A stretch of DNA of 54,418 bases, filler included, from Candidatus Ancaeobacter aquaticus (GTDB lineage: Bacteria > Auribacterota > Ancaeobacteria > Ancaeobacterales > Ancaeobacteraceae): NCBI GenBank assembly GCA_030765405.1. It is 3 parts of 3 records of this genome, joined end to end, with 100 filler letters (N's around TTAATTAATTAA, not from the genome) between each part and the next. Parts side by side here need not be neighbours in the genome. Positions count along the whole stretch, not along the records: positions 1 to 27,675 come from JAVCCP010000013.1; positions 27,776 to 44,488 come from JAVCCP010000048.1; 1 more part is not named here. One strand, written 5' to 3'. The notes under the pieces are model-generated. The model searched no databases, was not told the origin of the DNA, and was given only the letters and a program-made list of their open reading frames with translations. The first letter of the stretch is position 1. Every line of letters begins with the position of its first letter. This document shows, piece after piece, positions 21,131-30,589 of the stretch. Both the position numbers and the translations under genes were made by a program.

Positions 21131-21439
21131 CTACCATCTCATTAAATTCATTCTATCGGCATATATTGTTTTTGCTTGTCTGTACACAGCAATTAAAATC
21201 GCGAGCCCCACAATAGTCGCAGCGGCAGCTGTAGCAATAACGAATATTACAAATATGAGACCTTGTTCGTTTCCCCACACTCTGCTATATACCAAAAAAT
21301 TGATATTTGCGGCATTAAGCATTAACTCAATACTCATCAAAATACCGATAGTATTTCTCCGTGTCAGAACACCGTAAAGACCTATAACAAACAGCAACGC
21401 TGCTACAACAAGAAAATGACTTACCGGGATAATGTTCAT
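21131..21439 (-). CDS. nuoK: Complex I subunit K
   Basis: GLYGVLTRRN, MSIELMLNAANINF; 102 aa. Confidence 0.95.
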   Translation of the reverse strand: MNIIPVSHFLVVAALLFVIGLYGVLTRRNTIGILMSIELMLNAANINFLVYSRVWGNEQGLIFVIFVIATAAAATIVGLAILIAVYRQAKTIYADRMNLMRW

Positions 21440-21975
21440 TGGTCACCATCCTTTGTACGAGAAGCAAGTGCAATTGCCCCGATTAAAGATGCCAATAACA
21501 CAATTGAAACAAATTCAAACGGTAATGCATACTGTGTTAAAACCGCTTTGCCAATATCCTGAAACGTTGTATATCCTTTTACAAGAGTATCCTTAAAGGC
21601 TAATTTAGAGATAGCTATGACAATCAAAACAAATAACGAACCACACAAGATAAAGGATATCCCCTTTTGCTCATTTGATTGTTTTACATATTTATCGTTA
21701 ATGCGCGCAATAAGCATGATCGCAAATAATATAAGCGTCAGAATCGCTCCGACATACAGCAACAGCTGCATTATTGCTAAAAATTCACAATTGAGATAAA
21801 GATATATACAGGCAATACCGATTAATGTCAGAGCAAGAGCTAATGCAGAGTGAAAAATATTCTTCAATGTAACTACCAGCACAGCTGAAATCACCGTAAC
21901 TGCAAGCACACAATAAAATACTGCAAGCGCAATGAATGTTTCACTTATTTTAAAACTATTGATCCACTCGAACAT
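21436..21975 (-). CDS. nuoJ: Complex I subunit J
   Basis: NIFHSAL, EFLAIMQLLLYVGAI, PFEFVSIVLLASLIGAI. Confidence 0.93.
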   Translation of the reverse strand: MFEWINSFKISETFIALAVFYCVLAVTVISAVLVVTLKNIFHSALALALTLIGIACIYLYLNCEFLAIMQLLLYVGAILTLILFAIMLIARINDKYVKQSNEQKGISFILCGSLFVLIVIAISKLAFKDTLVKGYTTFQDIGKAVLTQYALPFEFVSIVLLASLIGAIALASRTKDGDQ

Positions 21976-22408
21976 GCCAGCTTACTCCTTCATATCCCTT
22001 CATTAAATCAACCGTAAGTAACGACCTATCGTCAATTACCGCAACCTCATAATCTTTATTCATATAAATCGCTTTTGTAGGACATACCTCTTCACAAAAA
22101 CCGCAAAAACAACATAGCGCGGCATCATATACAAATGACTCTAAAACCTTTTTCTTATCTTCCCCAACAGTCGCTTTAATGGCAAGACATCCATCAGGAC
22201 AGATTTTCACACACTGCATACATGAGACGCATTTCTCTTTATTTAATTCAACAAGTCCCCTGAAACGGTCCGTCATTTTCTGCCGCTCTTTAGGATATTG
22301 TAAAGTAACTGCATGACTGAATAGATTTTTTACTGTTACAGACAGCCCCAGAAGCAGGCTCCATATCCCTTTAATAATATTTCCTATATACTGTATCATG
22401 ACAATCAC
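21956..22408 (-). CDS. nuoI: Complex I subunit I (2x[4Fe-4S])
   Basis: TLQYP, FRG, CVSCMQCVKICP and CCFCGFCEEVCP. The start may be at 22399. Confidence 0.93.
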   Translation of the reverse strand: MIVMIQYIGNIIKGIWSLLLGLSVTVKNLFSHAVTLQYPKERQKMTDRFRGLVELNKEKCVSCMQCVKICPDGCLAIKATVGEDKKKVLESFVYDAALCCFCGFCEEVCPTKAIYMNKDYEVAVIDDRSLLTVDLMKGYEGVSWHVRVDQ

Positions 22409-22416
22409 TCTCTATT

Positions 22417-23376
22417 TTAAAGAAGCAGTAAAAATGCTGTTATCGCTAAATTAATAAATGCCAGTGGCGTTAAGAATTTCCATGAAAACGACATGAGTTG
22501 ATCAACACGTAGTCTTGGAAACGTCCATCGTATCAACATCATTACAAAAATAATCCCGTATACCTTAATGAGAAACCACATAAAACCAGGCAATATTGGC
22601 CCCTGCCATCCACCAAGAAAGACAACTACTGCTACTGATGAAACGATAAAAACATTTGTATACTCACCAACAAAAAAGAGCGCAAAACGCATCCCGCTGT
22701 ACTCAGTATGAAAACCTGATACAAGTTCACTTTCAGCTTCAGGAATATCAAATGGAACTCTATTTGTTTCAGCAATACCGGCTATAAAATAGATAAGAAA
22801 ACAAATAAATAAATTTGGTCTAAATATAAACCACAGGTTTTCCTGCGCCTTAACAATATCGTTCATTCCCGAAGAACCAACATATAAAAGAACCGTTATA
22901 AGAGACACGATCATAGGAACTTCATAGCTAACCATCTGTGCGACGGCTCTCATACCACCAAGCAGTGAATATTTGTTATCAGACGCCCATCCGGCCATAA
23001 GTATCCCAAAAACGCCGAGCCCTGAAACAGCAACAATATAAAAAAGCCCCATATTAAGGTCCCGGACAATCCATTTCTCGCTAAAAGGAATTACAACAAA
23101 AGCCATAACCGCAGGAACAATGACAATATACGGTGCCATACGAAACACAATATGATCAATTTTAGCTGGCCTGATATCCTCTTTGATCAATAACTTAATT
23201 GTATCAGCAATTGACTGAAGCCAACCATGCCAACCAACCCGCATGGGCCCAAAACGCGTTTGTATATGTCCTGCAACTTTTCGCTCCCACCAGATCAAGA
23301 ACATCCCCGAAATAGCAATAAAGCCAAGAACAGCAACAACAATAAAAATTAAATATAAAATGTCTAAAATACCCAT
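22417..23376 (-). CDS. nuoH: Complex I subunit H
   Basis: ERKVAGHIQTRFGP, ADTIKL, ETNRVPFDIPEAESELVSGFHTEYSG. Confidence 0.96.
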   Translation of the reverse strand: MGILDILYLIFIVVAVLGFIAISGMFLIWWERKVAGHIQTRFGPMRVGWHGWLQSIADTIKLLIKEDIRPAKIDHIVFRMAPYIVIVPAVMAFVVIPFSEKWIVRDLNMGLFYIVAVSGLGVFGILMAGWASDNKYSLLGGMRAVAQMVSYEVPMIVSLITVLLYVGSSGMNDIVKAQENLWFIFRPNLFICFLIYFIAGIAETNRVPFDIPEAESELVSGFHTEYSGMRFALFFVGEYTNVFIVSSVAVVVFLGGWQGPILPGFMWFLIKVYGIIFVMMLIRWTFPRLRVDQLMSFSWKFLTPLAFINLAITAFLLLL

Positions 23377-23377
23377 A

Positions 23378-23412
23378 ATAAGTTGTAAGCTATAAGCTGT
23401 AAGTTATAAGTT
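23378..23412. repeat. Heptamer array, arm downstream of the four-helix-bundle gene
   Basis: Five in-phase units: ataagtt gtaagct ataagct gtaagtt ataagtt. Confidence 0.9.
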
Positions 23413-23755
23413 TCTTTTGAAAACCTGACAACATACGACCAACTTCATCAGCTAGCTCCATTATCCTTTCATAATCATTCTTTTTTACATATTCTAAATC
23501 ATAAACTAAAAGTAAATGATACTTTGTCTCCTCTAAAGAACTATCCGCAATATTAAGAAAATGCGCAAAATCTTTATTACTTCTCCTCTTATACCCTTCA
23601 ACAATATTTGTTGGAATAGATGCAGCATATCTTCTAAGTTGCGATACTAAACCATATTTTTCAGACTCCGGAAACAATTTCGTAATTTTATATATTTCTA
23701 ATACTAACGAATGAGCTTTTTCCCATACTTTTATATTTTTAAATGAATGCGTCAT
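23390..23755 (-). CDS. Four-helix-bundle protein (23S rRNA IVS protein / bAvd-like family)
   Basis: F.NIKVWEKAH.LVLEIYKIT..FP.SEKYGL.SQLRR.AASIP.NI.EG and SL.ET.YHL family patterns; 121 aa. Confidence 0.9.
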   Translation of the reverse strand: MTHSFKNIKVWEKAHSLVLEIYKITKLFPESEKYGLVSQLRRYAASIPTNIVEGYKRRSNKDFAHFLNIADSSLEETKYHLLLVYDLEYVKKNDYERIMELADEVGRMLSGFQKKLITYSL

Positions 23756-23760
23756 TTTTT

Positions 23761-23789
23761 ATCTTATCGCTTATAGCTTACAGCTGATA
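23761..23789. repeat. Heptamer array, arm upstream of the four-helix-bundle gene, inverted relative to 23378-23412
   Basis: The minus strand reads atcagct gtaagct ataagcg ataagat. Confidence 0.85.
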
Positions 23790-23810
23790 GATAGGTTCGC
23801 CTATCTATCA
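23785..23810. other. Perfect 11-bp hairpin spanning the nuoD stop codon
   Basis: tgatagatagg-ttcg-cctatctatca. Confidence 0.85.
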
Positions 23811-24943
23811 ATTTCTCCCATTACAATATCTAAGCTACCGCATATTGCGACAACGTCTGCGATTTTAAGCCCCTTCATGAGTTCCGGTAATATTGCCAGA
23901 TTTGAAAACGATGGTGCGCGCACTTTTACCCTATACGGTTTGTCTGTACCATCACTGACAATATAAAAACCAAGATCACCACGCGGAGCCTCCGTTCTAA
24001 AATAAACACTCCCTTTTTCTGGCTTAGGATACCTCATAGCCATTGGCTTAAGAGCATTAATTTCACCACCAGGCAATTGTTTAATTGCCTGTTCAACAAT
24101 CCTCACGCTTTGTCTCATTTCTTCGATACGTACTTTATATCTATCCCAACAATCACCGTTTTTTTCTATCGGCACATCAAAATCAAATCTTTCATACAGA
24201 GAATATGGTTCAGCTTTACGTATATCCCATTTAATTCCAGAGCCACGAATGTTTGGACCGCTTATCGCATAGGTTAAAGCTTGTTCTGGGGAAATAACAC
24301 CAACACCTTTCGTCCGGTTAAGAAAAATAACATTGTTAGTTAGTAATCGTTCGAGATCATTTATTTTTGGTAATATATAGGTTATATATTTTTGCACCAT
24401 ATCAGAAAATGTATCGGGGACATCCCGCGCAACACCACCAAAACGAAAATAACTGTATGTCAGTCTGTTTCCGCATACTTCCTCATATATATCAATTATC
24501 TTTTCTCTTTCACGAAAACAATACAGAAGAGGTGTTCCAAACGCACCAAGATCCTGTGCGAAGGTACCGACACCAAGTAAATGACTTGCAATACGCTGCA
24601 GTTCAACAAGAATTATTCTGATATACTGCGCACGTTCAGGAACAACTACTCCCATAAGCTTTTCAACGGCCATAACATAGGCGAGATTATTAGACATAGA
24701 AGCAATATAATCTAACCTGTCGGTCAAAGGAATAATCTGCATGTAGGTACGGTTTTCCATCATCTTTTCCATCGAACGATGCAAATAACCGATATGCGGA
24801 GTTGCCTCATTGATAACCTCACCATCCATCTTTAGCTCAAGGCGAAGCACCCCGTGTGTTGACGGGTGTTGAGGTCCCATATTGAGATAAAACTCGTCGG
24901 TCTCTCTATTGTACTCAGGGTTTAATGTTGTCGTAGTTGTCAT
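23801..24943 (-). CDS. nuoD: Complex I subunit D
   Basis: NMGPQHPSTHGVLRL, GYLHR, DRLDY, C-terminal DIVMGEIDR; no NiFe CxxC motifs. Confidence 0.96.
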   Translation of the reverse strand: MTTTTTLNPEYNRETDEFYLNMGPQHPSTHGVLRLELKMDGEVINEATPHIGYLHRSMEKMMENRTYMQIIPLTDRLDYIASMSNNLAYVMAVEKLMGVVVPERAQYIRIILVELQRIASHLLGVGTFAQDLGAFGTPLLYCFREREKIIDIYEEVCGNRLTYSYFRFGGVARDVPDTFSDMVQKYITYILPKINDLERLLTNNVIFLNRTKGVGVISPEQALTYAISGPNIRGSGIKWDIRKAEPYSLYERFDFDVPIEKNGDCWDRYKVRIEEMRQSVRIVEQAIKQLPGGEINALKPMAMRYPKPEKGSVYFRTEAPRGDLGFYIVSDGTDKPYRVKVRAPSFSNLAILPELMKGLKIADVVAICGSLDIVMGEIDR

Positions 24944-25389
24944 ACTGGTTTCTTTACCATATCTTTATTTTGATAATTCTTTCTGAGCGGATACCCTACC
25001 CATCCATCCTCAAGGAGAATTCTTTTCATGTTTGGGTGTCCATTAAACTGCACGCCAAACATATCGTACACTTCTCTTTCGTACCAATCAGCCGCTGCCC
25101 ATATAGACGAAACACTATCGCATTTGAGATCGCCTGGTGACAATGCTACTTTTAATGTAATACTGATATTGAGCTTCAAAGAATAAAGTTCATAGACAAC
25201 TTCAACGTTTTCATTGTAATCAACCGCAGTAATAGATTTCAGATAATCAAACGTAAGGTCAACAGTATCCCTCAGGTATTGAGTAAACGCGAACAGATCT
25301 TTTGCAGGAACAATATAGCTGTTTGACTGCTCGCCATGAGATATATTGTTAAAAAATTTCTTTAGTTCATCTAATTGTAATTGGTTCAT
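24940..25389 (-). CDS. nuoC: Complex I subunit C
   Basis: [39 protein letters not shown]. Confidence 0.95.
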   Translation of the reverse strand: MNQLQLDELKKFFNNISHGEQSNSYIVPAKDLFAFTQYLRDTVDLTFDYLKSITAVDYNENVEVVYELYSLKLNISITLKVALSPGDLKCDSVSSIWAAADWYEREVYDMFGVQFNGHPNMKRILLEDGWVGYPLRKNYQNKDMVKKPV

Positions 25390-25909
25390 CTTTGATAGTA
25401 CCTTTTCTGATCTTATTTTGAAGCTGTATAATACCGTGGAGAAGATTTTCAGGTCGTGGCGGACAACCGGCTACATGTACATCTACAGGAACAATCTGAT
25501 CTACACCCTTCACAACTGAATAGGTATCATACTGAAATATACCGCCAGATATCGCACAGTTTCCCATAGCAATAACGTATTTTGGATCAGGCATTTGCTC
25601 GTAGAGTCTTTCAATACAAGGTGCCATTTTTGTACATACCGTACCGGCAACAATCATAAGATCGCATTGCCGTGGAGATGCGCGAAATACCCCAGCACCG
25701 AAACGATCAATGTCATATCGTGCAGCACCGGTAGCCATCATCTCAATAGCACAACATGCCAGACCAAAGCTCATTGGCCAAATACTTGAAAGTTTTGCCC
25801 AGTTAAGTACAGCGTCTATTTGAGTAAGAAGAAAATCCCCACCAGGTACTTTTTCCAGTACAATAGGAACCTTATTTATTAATGCCATTCCAATGCTCCT
25901 TTTCTCCAC
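25367..25909 (-). CDS. nuoB: Complex I subunit B
   Basis: [29 protein letters not shown] likely true start is at 25888. Confidence 0.95.
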   Translation of the reverse strand: MEKRSIGMALINKVPIVLEKVPGGDFLLTQIDAVLNWAKLSSIWPMSFGLACCAIEMMATGAARYDIDRFGAGVFRASPRQCDLMIVAGTVCTKMAPCIERLYEQMPDPKYVIAMGNCAISGGIFQYDTYSVVKGVDQIVPVDVHVAGCPPRPENLLHGIIQLQNKIRKGTIKDEPITIR

Positions 25910-26238
25910 GCATACGCCAACCCGACAAACAGTATCGCAATAAAGATCATCATTTCAACATATCCTACGATTCCCATGTATTTAAATGCATATACCCACG
26001 GAACGAGAAACAATGCTTCTATATCAAAAACAACGAATATAAGTGCGATAAGATAAAACCGCACATTAAACTGAAGCCAACCACTACCTTTTACTATCTC
26101 ACCGCATTCATAAGGGGATAATTTAACGGGATTCGGTTTATTTGGCCGTAAAATCCATGCCGTCACCAACGCTGCAAGAGCAAGCGCGACTCCAGCAAGA
26201 AAAAAGATACCTACATAACCATAATCATGTAAAACCAT
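25879..26238 (-). CDS. nuoA: Complex I subunit A
   Basis: [33 protein letters not shown]. Confidence 0.95.
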   Translation of the reverse strand: MVLHDYGYVGIFFLAGVALALAALVTAWILRPNKPNPVKLSPYECGEIVKGSGWLQFNVRFYLIALIFVVFDIEALFLVPWVYAFKYMGIVGYVEMMIFIAILFVGLAYAWRKGALEWH

Positions 26239-26341
26239 AACAACCCCATTGGAAACAACATATCATAAAATAATGCCACGGCTTTGTGGCTAAGTGGAAA
26301 GCGGATAATATAGCAAATAAATGCAGAAAAATCATTATAAA

Positions 26342-26653
26342 TTATCGTTTTTCTGTTAAATTATGTTGCAGGAAGGACTTAAAGATAAGATTTGCAACAT
26401 TTAATGAATGCAATAATGTAAAATTACTTCCATTAGTATCAACACTAAAAATTGTTCCTTTATTGTTCGCCCCCCCCCAACCCGTCATGCTATACATCGT
26501 GTTGCCAATCAGCGTTAAATCAGCTTGAGGCTGTCTTCCATCAGTTACACTTCCATCAAATTCGTGTAACAACGTAGCATCTGCACGTACCGATAAGGTA
26601 CAAAGAAAAACGCTCAATAAGCATGCTCCAAAAATCAATTTTATAGTTTTCAT
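26342..26653 (-). pseudogene. Truncated secreted Gloeo/Verruco-type repeat protein
   Basis: Signal peptide, then LLHEFDG..TDG.QP.A.L...GNT.Y.MT..GG.NN.GTIF, then a second TLLHS unit that breaks off. Confidence 0.6.
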
Positions 26654-26681
26654 TATTTCCCCTTCCTCTTATTACAAGGCA

Positions 26682-27024
26682 ATGTTATTGAAGGAAAGCT
26701 TTTTGAACGTATACATGCGCAAGGATGAGGACGAGGCTAAGAAATATTTGGATGGACGGATTGATGAAGCCTTTGATAGCACTATCGATGTTTTTAAATC
26801 TCTCGCTCAAAGCTTTACGGATAAAATGCAATATATTCTAAACTGGTTTAGAAAGAAAATAAGTTCGGCAATATCCGAAGGATTTAATAATAAAATAAAA
26901 AGACTTAAACGGATGGCATATGGCTATAAAGATGTTGATTATTTTTGCTTAAAGATACATCAACATTACGGGCTGTTAAATCCGAAAATTTGTTAAATGT
27001 TTCCAAGTTATTCACGAAAGAACC
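26682..27024 (+). mobile_element. ISL3-family transposase C-terminal remnant with right end
   Basis: SEGFNNKIKRLKRMAYGY motif (ORF 26682-26996). The element ends ...AAGAACC, reverse complement GGTTCTT, a typical ISL3-like terminus. Confidence 0.8.
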
Positions 27025-27084
27025 TAATTTTCGTTGCAGTCCGCGTTACTTGCGGACCGCAACTGCTATCAATATTTTTATGGG

Positions 27085-27675
27085 TTAGTGATTATCTAAC
27101 GAAGTCGGAGTCATCCGTTGCGCTCCACCTGTCATAGAATCGCGTGTTTGTGACTGCCGTTGATCCGGGCCGTATAGGTAGCGATTGTCTGTTTGATAAT
27201 CAGTTCGCATATCTATTTCTATCTTTTCAGTAAATTTTTCGGCAGTTTCATCAGCTGTTTCAGTTTCTATGTCAGTCGATCTACGCGGCGCGTGCAATGA
27301 AGACTTGAGTGCACGAGCGACATACTCTTTGGAATCAGTTATCAGGGCCTTTTTTGGTTTCTCGGTTAACGGCTGTTTTGCCGCCGCTCCCGCTGCGAGA
27401 GCCGCTTTCAGCCCGGCATGCGCGCCTGCAAGTTTAGGATTAAGCCTTATCGCCTTATTAAAACTAGCAATGGCCAAAGCATTCTCACCGTTTCTTAAAA
27501 GGCATGTCCCTAACATATGATGCGCCCACGCGGATCCGGGAGTAAGCTCTGTCAGCTTTTTAAAATTAAGACTGGCGTTTTTATAATCTTTGTTTTTGAA
27601 ATAGCATTGCCCTAGTCCGCTATATGAGCCTGCAAGTTTAGGATTAAGCTTTATCGCCTTATTCAAACTAACAAT
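27085..27675 (-). CDS. TPR-repeat protein, C-terminal part (5' end lost in the gap)
   Basis: KAIKLNPKLAG and KAIRLNPKLAG TPR units; the frame runs into the N gap. Confidence 0.75.
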   Translation of the reverse strand: MVSLNKAIKLNPKLAGSYSGLGQCYFKNKDYKNASLNFKKLTELTPGSAWAHHMLGTCLLRNGENALAIASFNKAIRLNPKLAGAHAGLKAALAAGAAAKQPLTEKPKKALITDSKEYVARALKSSLHAPRRSTDIETETADETAEKFTEKIEIDMRTDYQTDNRYLYGPDQRQSQTRDSMTGGAQRMTPTSLDNH

Positions 27676-27775
27676 NNNNNNNNNNNNNNNNNNNNNNNNN
27701 NNNNNNNNNNNNNNNNNNNTTAATTAATTAANNNNNNNNNNNNNNNNNNNNNNNNNNNNNNNNNNNNNNNNNNNN
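27676..27775. other. Assembly join (100 N with a TTAATTAATTAA spacer)
   Basis: N run with an all-frame stop linker at 27720-27731. Confidence 0.95.
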
Positions 27776-27776
27776 A

Positions 27777-27964
27777 TTCATTGCTAAGGGCAGAAAGATA
27801 GAAAAACTGACACAATCAACCATTCAGACTATAGAAAACTGGATTAATAACTACCCACGCAAGATACTAAATTTTCAATCTGCTCAACAGGGGTTTGAAA
27901 GAAAACTTCAGGAGATCGCAGCTTAAATGAAAAATAACCACTATCTACGGCATTTAACTTTACA
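27777..27964 (+). mobile_element. IS30-family transposase C-terminus plus right inverted repeat
   Basis: 27777-27926 translates to FIAKGRKI...IENWINNYPRKILNF...A*. The IR at 27945-27964 (reverse complement tgtaaagttaaatgccgtag) matches 54299-54318. Confidence 0.8.
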
Positions 27965-28712
27965 ATCTACCGTTTGTACGCAATTTTAACATTAGTTTGT
28001 CAATATCGAATGGCTTTGAAATAAAGTCCTTGATATTATATTGCTCAGTTTGCGCAAGAACATCATCTTTTTTTCCGTACGCAGATAATATCATTATATG
28101 GGCACCTGTATCAAATTCTCTAATTCTCTTAATTGTTTCAAACCCATCAATCCCTGGCATCATGATATCAACAATAATAATGTCAAAGGCATTTTTCTTT
28201 GCTAATGCAATTCCTTTTTCGCCATTTTTTGCAGTTGAAACAGAAAATCCTTCAGATGACAATATGTCTTCTAATAATGTTGTTATTGCCTCTTCATCAT
28301 CGATTACGAGTATTGAATCCTCAGAAAAAAGCATATCATAGTTCGTTTCTATCGCATTGACTACAATATCTTCAAGCTGCTCAGGTTTAATCGGTTTTTG
28401 GAGTTCTCCATAAGCATGATATTGTATTTCCCCTAAATTCGTATCTGTAGACCCATGTGCAGTTACAATAATTATAATAGTTTTCGAATCAGTTTCTCTT
28501 ATTTTTTTTAAGAGCTCTAACCCACTTTCATTGCCTAATTCAATATCGAGGAAAATTAGATGAGGGCTTACCTTTGTATACTCATCAAACCCTTGTGTGA
28601 CAGAATTAGCAGATGATACGGTGAACCCTTTTTTTCTTAACGTATGTTCAAAAAGAGAAGTAATACCTGGGTCATCGTCTACAACCAGAATTTTAAAGGC
28701 ATCTTTTCTCAT
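27960..28712 (-). CDS. Response regulator made of two tandem receiver domains
   Basis: VVDDD...FLDI...VTAHG...QKP and VIDDE...VDIMMPG.DG...LSAYG...SKPF. Confidence 0.9.
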   Translation of the reverse strand: MRKDAFKILVVDDDPGITSLFEHTLRKKGFTVSSANSVTQGFDEYTKVSPHLIFLDIELGNESGLELLKKIRETDSKTIIIIVTAHGSTDTNLGEIQYHAYGELQKPIKPEQLEDIVVNAIETNYDMLFSEDSILVIDDEEAITTLLEDILSSEGFSVSTAKNGEKGIALAKKNAFDIIIVDIMMPGIDGFETIKRIREFDTGAHIMILSAYGKKDDVLAQTEQYNIKDFISKPFDIDKLMLKLRTNGRL

Positions 28713-28783
28713 GTTTAACTCGATGGGATGTTTTCTTAGGTTCCACGCACATCACGAAACGCTAACCGACACAACCACTCTTT

Positions 28784-30589
28784 CTATAATTTTAAGATCT
28801 CAATGAAAGCGTTTTGAGGGATTGTCACTGTTCCGAACTGTTTCATTTTCTTTTTTCCTTCTTTTTGTTTTTCCCACAATTTTCTTTTTCTGGTTATATC
28901 TCCGCCATAACATTTCGCAGTTACATTCTTTTTCATGGCACGAATTGTTTCTCGAGCTATAATTTTGCTTCCAATCGTTGCCTGAATAATTACCTGTATC
29001 ATATGACGAGGAATTACATCCTTTAATTTTGCCGCAAGTTGTCTTCCGTGATAATAAGCCTTGTCTTTATGAATAAGGCAGGAAAATGCATCTATCATGT
29101 CATTGTTTATCAATATATCTAATTTAATTATTTCTGAAGGGCGGTAATCTATTAATTCATAGTCCATGGAAGCATACCCGCGCGTGCAAGATTTGAGCTT
29201 ATCATAAAAATCAATAACCACTTCATTAAGAGGCAGCTCAAAGGTCATAAGCACCCTGTTTATCCCTGAAAGTGATTCGGTCCCTACGCAGGCTCCTCGT
29301 CTTTCCTGTGCAAGCTGCATAATTGCGCCTATGGCCTCATTAGGTGCTACAATAAATGCTTTAATAAAAGGCTCTTCAATTGAAAGAATATCTATCGGAG
29401 AGGGAAAGTGTACAGGATTATCGATCATAACATCTCCCCCGTCCTTGAGCTTAACCTTATAGCAAACACTCGGTGTCGTTGATATAATGTTGAGATTAAA
29501 TTCTCTCTGCAGACGTTCATGAATTATTTCCATATGCAAAAGGCCTAAAAACCCACAGCGAAAACCAAAACCTAACGCAACTGAATTTTCTGCTTCGAAC
29601 ATAAAAGCGGAGTCATTAAGTTGTAATTTGTTTACTGCGTCTGTAAGTGGCTCATAATCGTTTGCATCAACAGGAAAAAGCCCACAAAACACCATTGGGC
29701 TCATTTCTTTGAAACCAGCTAATGCTGAACTGGCGGGATGTTTGTTAAGGGTGACGGTGTCACCTATCTTTACATCAGAAGGAACTTTAATGTTAGCTGT
29801 AATAAAACCAACTTCACCAGATGACAATTGTTCAATATTCTCGGCTTTTGGTTTAAACACTCCCACGCTTAAAACATCAAACGTTCTCCCCGTACTCATC
29901 ATGCGAATAGTCATATCTTTCTTGATAGTGCCGCTGACAACTCGGATATATGTTATTGCCCCCCTAAAATGATCATACTTTGAGTCAAAGATAAGCGCTT
30001 TAAGCTCTTTTTCTTTTGATGCTTTGGGGGGTGGGACACCTTTAACAATTGCTTCGAGCACTTCTCTTATCCCCAGGTTCTTTTTTGCACTTACCAAAAG
30101 TATTTCTTCAGCCGGAATACACAATATCTCCTCAATTTGCTGTTTTACGAGATCAACATTCGCATTAGGTAAATCGATTTTATTGATAACAGGAATAATA
30201 GTTAAACCTTGTTCTAACGCGAGATGCACGTTTGATACAGTTTGTGCCTCAACTCCTTGAGCGGCATCTACGATAAGAAGTGCTCCCTCACATGCTGAAA
30301 GACTTCGAGACACCTCATAACTAAAATCAACATGACCGGGAGTATCTATGAGATTGAGGATATATTCTTCGCCATTATCTGCGCAATATTTTAGCCGAAC
30401 AGGGTGTGCCTTAATGGTTATTCCACGTTCTCTTTCAAGATCCATATCGTCAAGAACCTGATCTACTTGCACTCTTTTGTCTATAGCATGTGTTAGTTCA
30501 AGTATTCTGTCGGCTATTGTTGATTTACCATGATCGATATGCGCAATTATTGAAAAGTTTCTTATAGAATTAATATTCATAGTATTCAT
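28784..30589 (-). CDS. lepA: Elongation factor 4
   Basis: [48 protein letters not shown]. Confidence 0.98.
   Translation of the reverse strand: MNTMNINSIRNFSIIAHIDHGKSTIADRILELTHAIDKRVQVDQVLDDMDLERERGITIKAHPVRLKYCADNGEEYILNLIDTPGHVDFSYEVSRSLSACEGALLIVDAAQGVEAQTVSNVHLALEQGLTIIPVINKIDLPNANVDLVKQQIEEILCIPAEEILLVSAKKNLGIREVLEAIVKGVPPPKASKEKELKALIFDSKYDHFRGAITYIRVVSGTIKKDMTIRMMSTGRTFDVLSVGVFKPKAENIEQLSSGEVGFITANIKVPSDVKIGDTVTLNKHPASSALAGFKEMSPMVFCGLFPVDANDYEPLTDAVNKLQLNDSAFMFEAENSVALGFGFRCGFLGLLHMEIIHERLQREFNLNIISTTPSVCYKVKLKDGGDVMIDNPVHFPSPIDILSIEEPFIKAFIVAPNEAIGAIMQLAQERRGACVGTESLSGINRVLMTFELPLNEVVIDFYDKLKSCTRGYASMDYELIDYRPSEIIKLDILINNDMIDAFSCLIHKDKAYYHGRQLAAKLKDVIPRHMIQVIIQATIGSKIIARETIRAMKKNVTAKCYGGDITRKRKLWEKQKEGKKKMKQFGTVTIPQNAFIEILKL

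Noticed and set aside
23390..23755. Diversity-generating retroelement suggested by the Avd-like gene
   Set aside because: No reverse transcriptase and no template/variable repeat pair are visible in the window.
23801..25909. Possible group 4 NiFe hydrogenase
   Set aside because: NuoD has DRLDY and DIVMGEIDR instead of the two CxxC nickel-binding motifs.
27720..27731. TTAATTAATTAA inside both N runs (also 44533-44544)
   Set aside because: It is an identical all-frame stop linker centred in exactly 100-bp gaps, so it is an assembly artefact and not biological.
28713..28783. Possible decayed heptamer run after the lepA stop (also weak signals near 33915-33930 and 47820-47890)
   Set aside because: The periodicity is too degenerate and no clear inverted partner arm is present.
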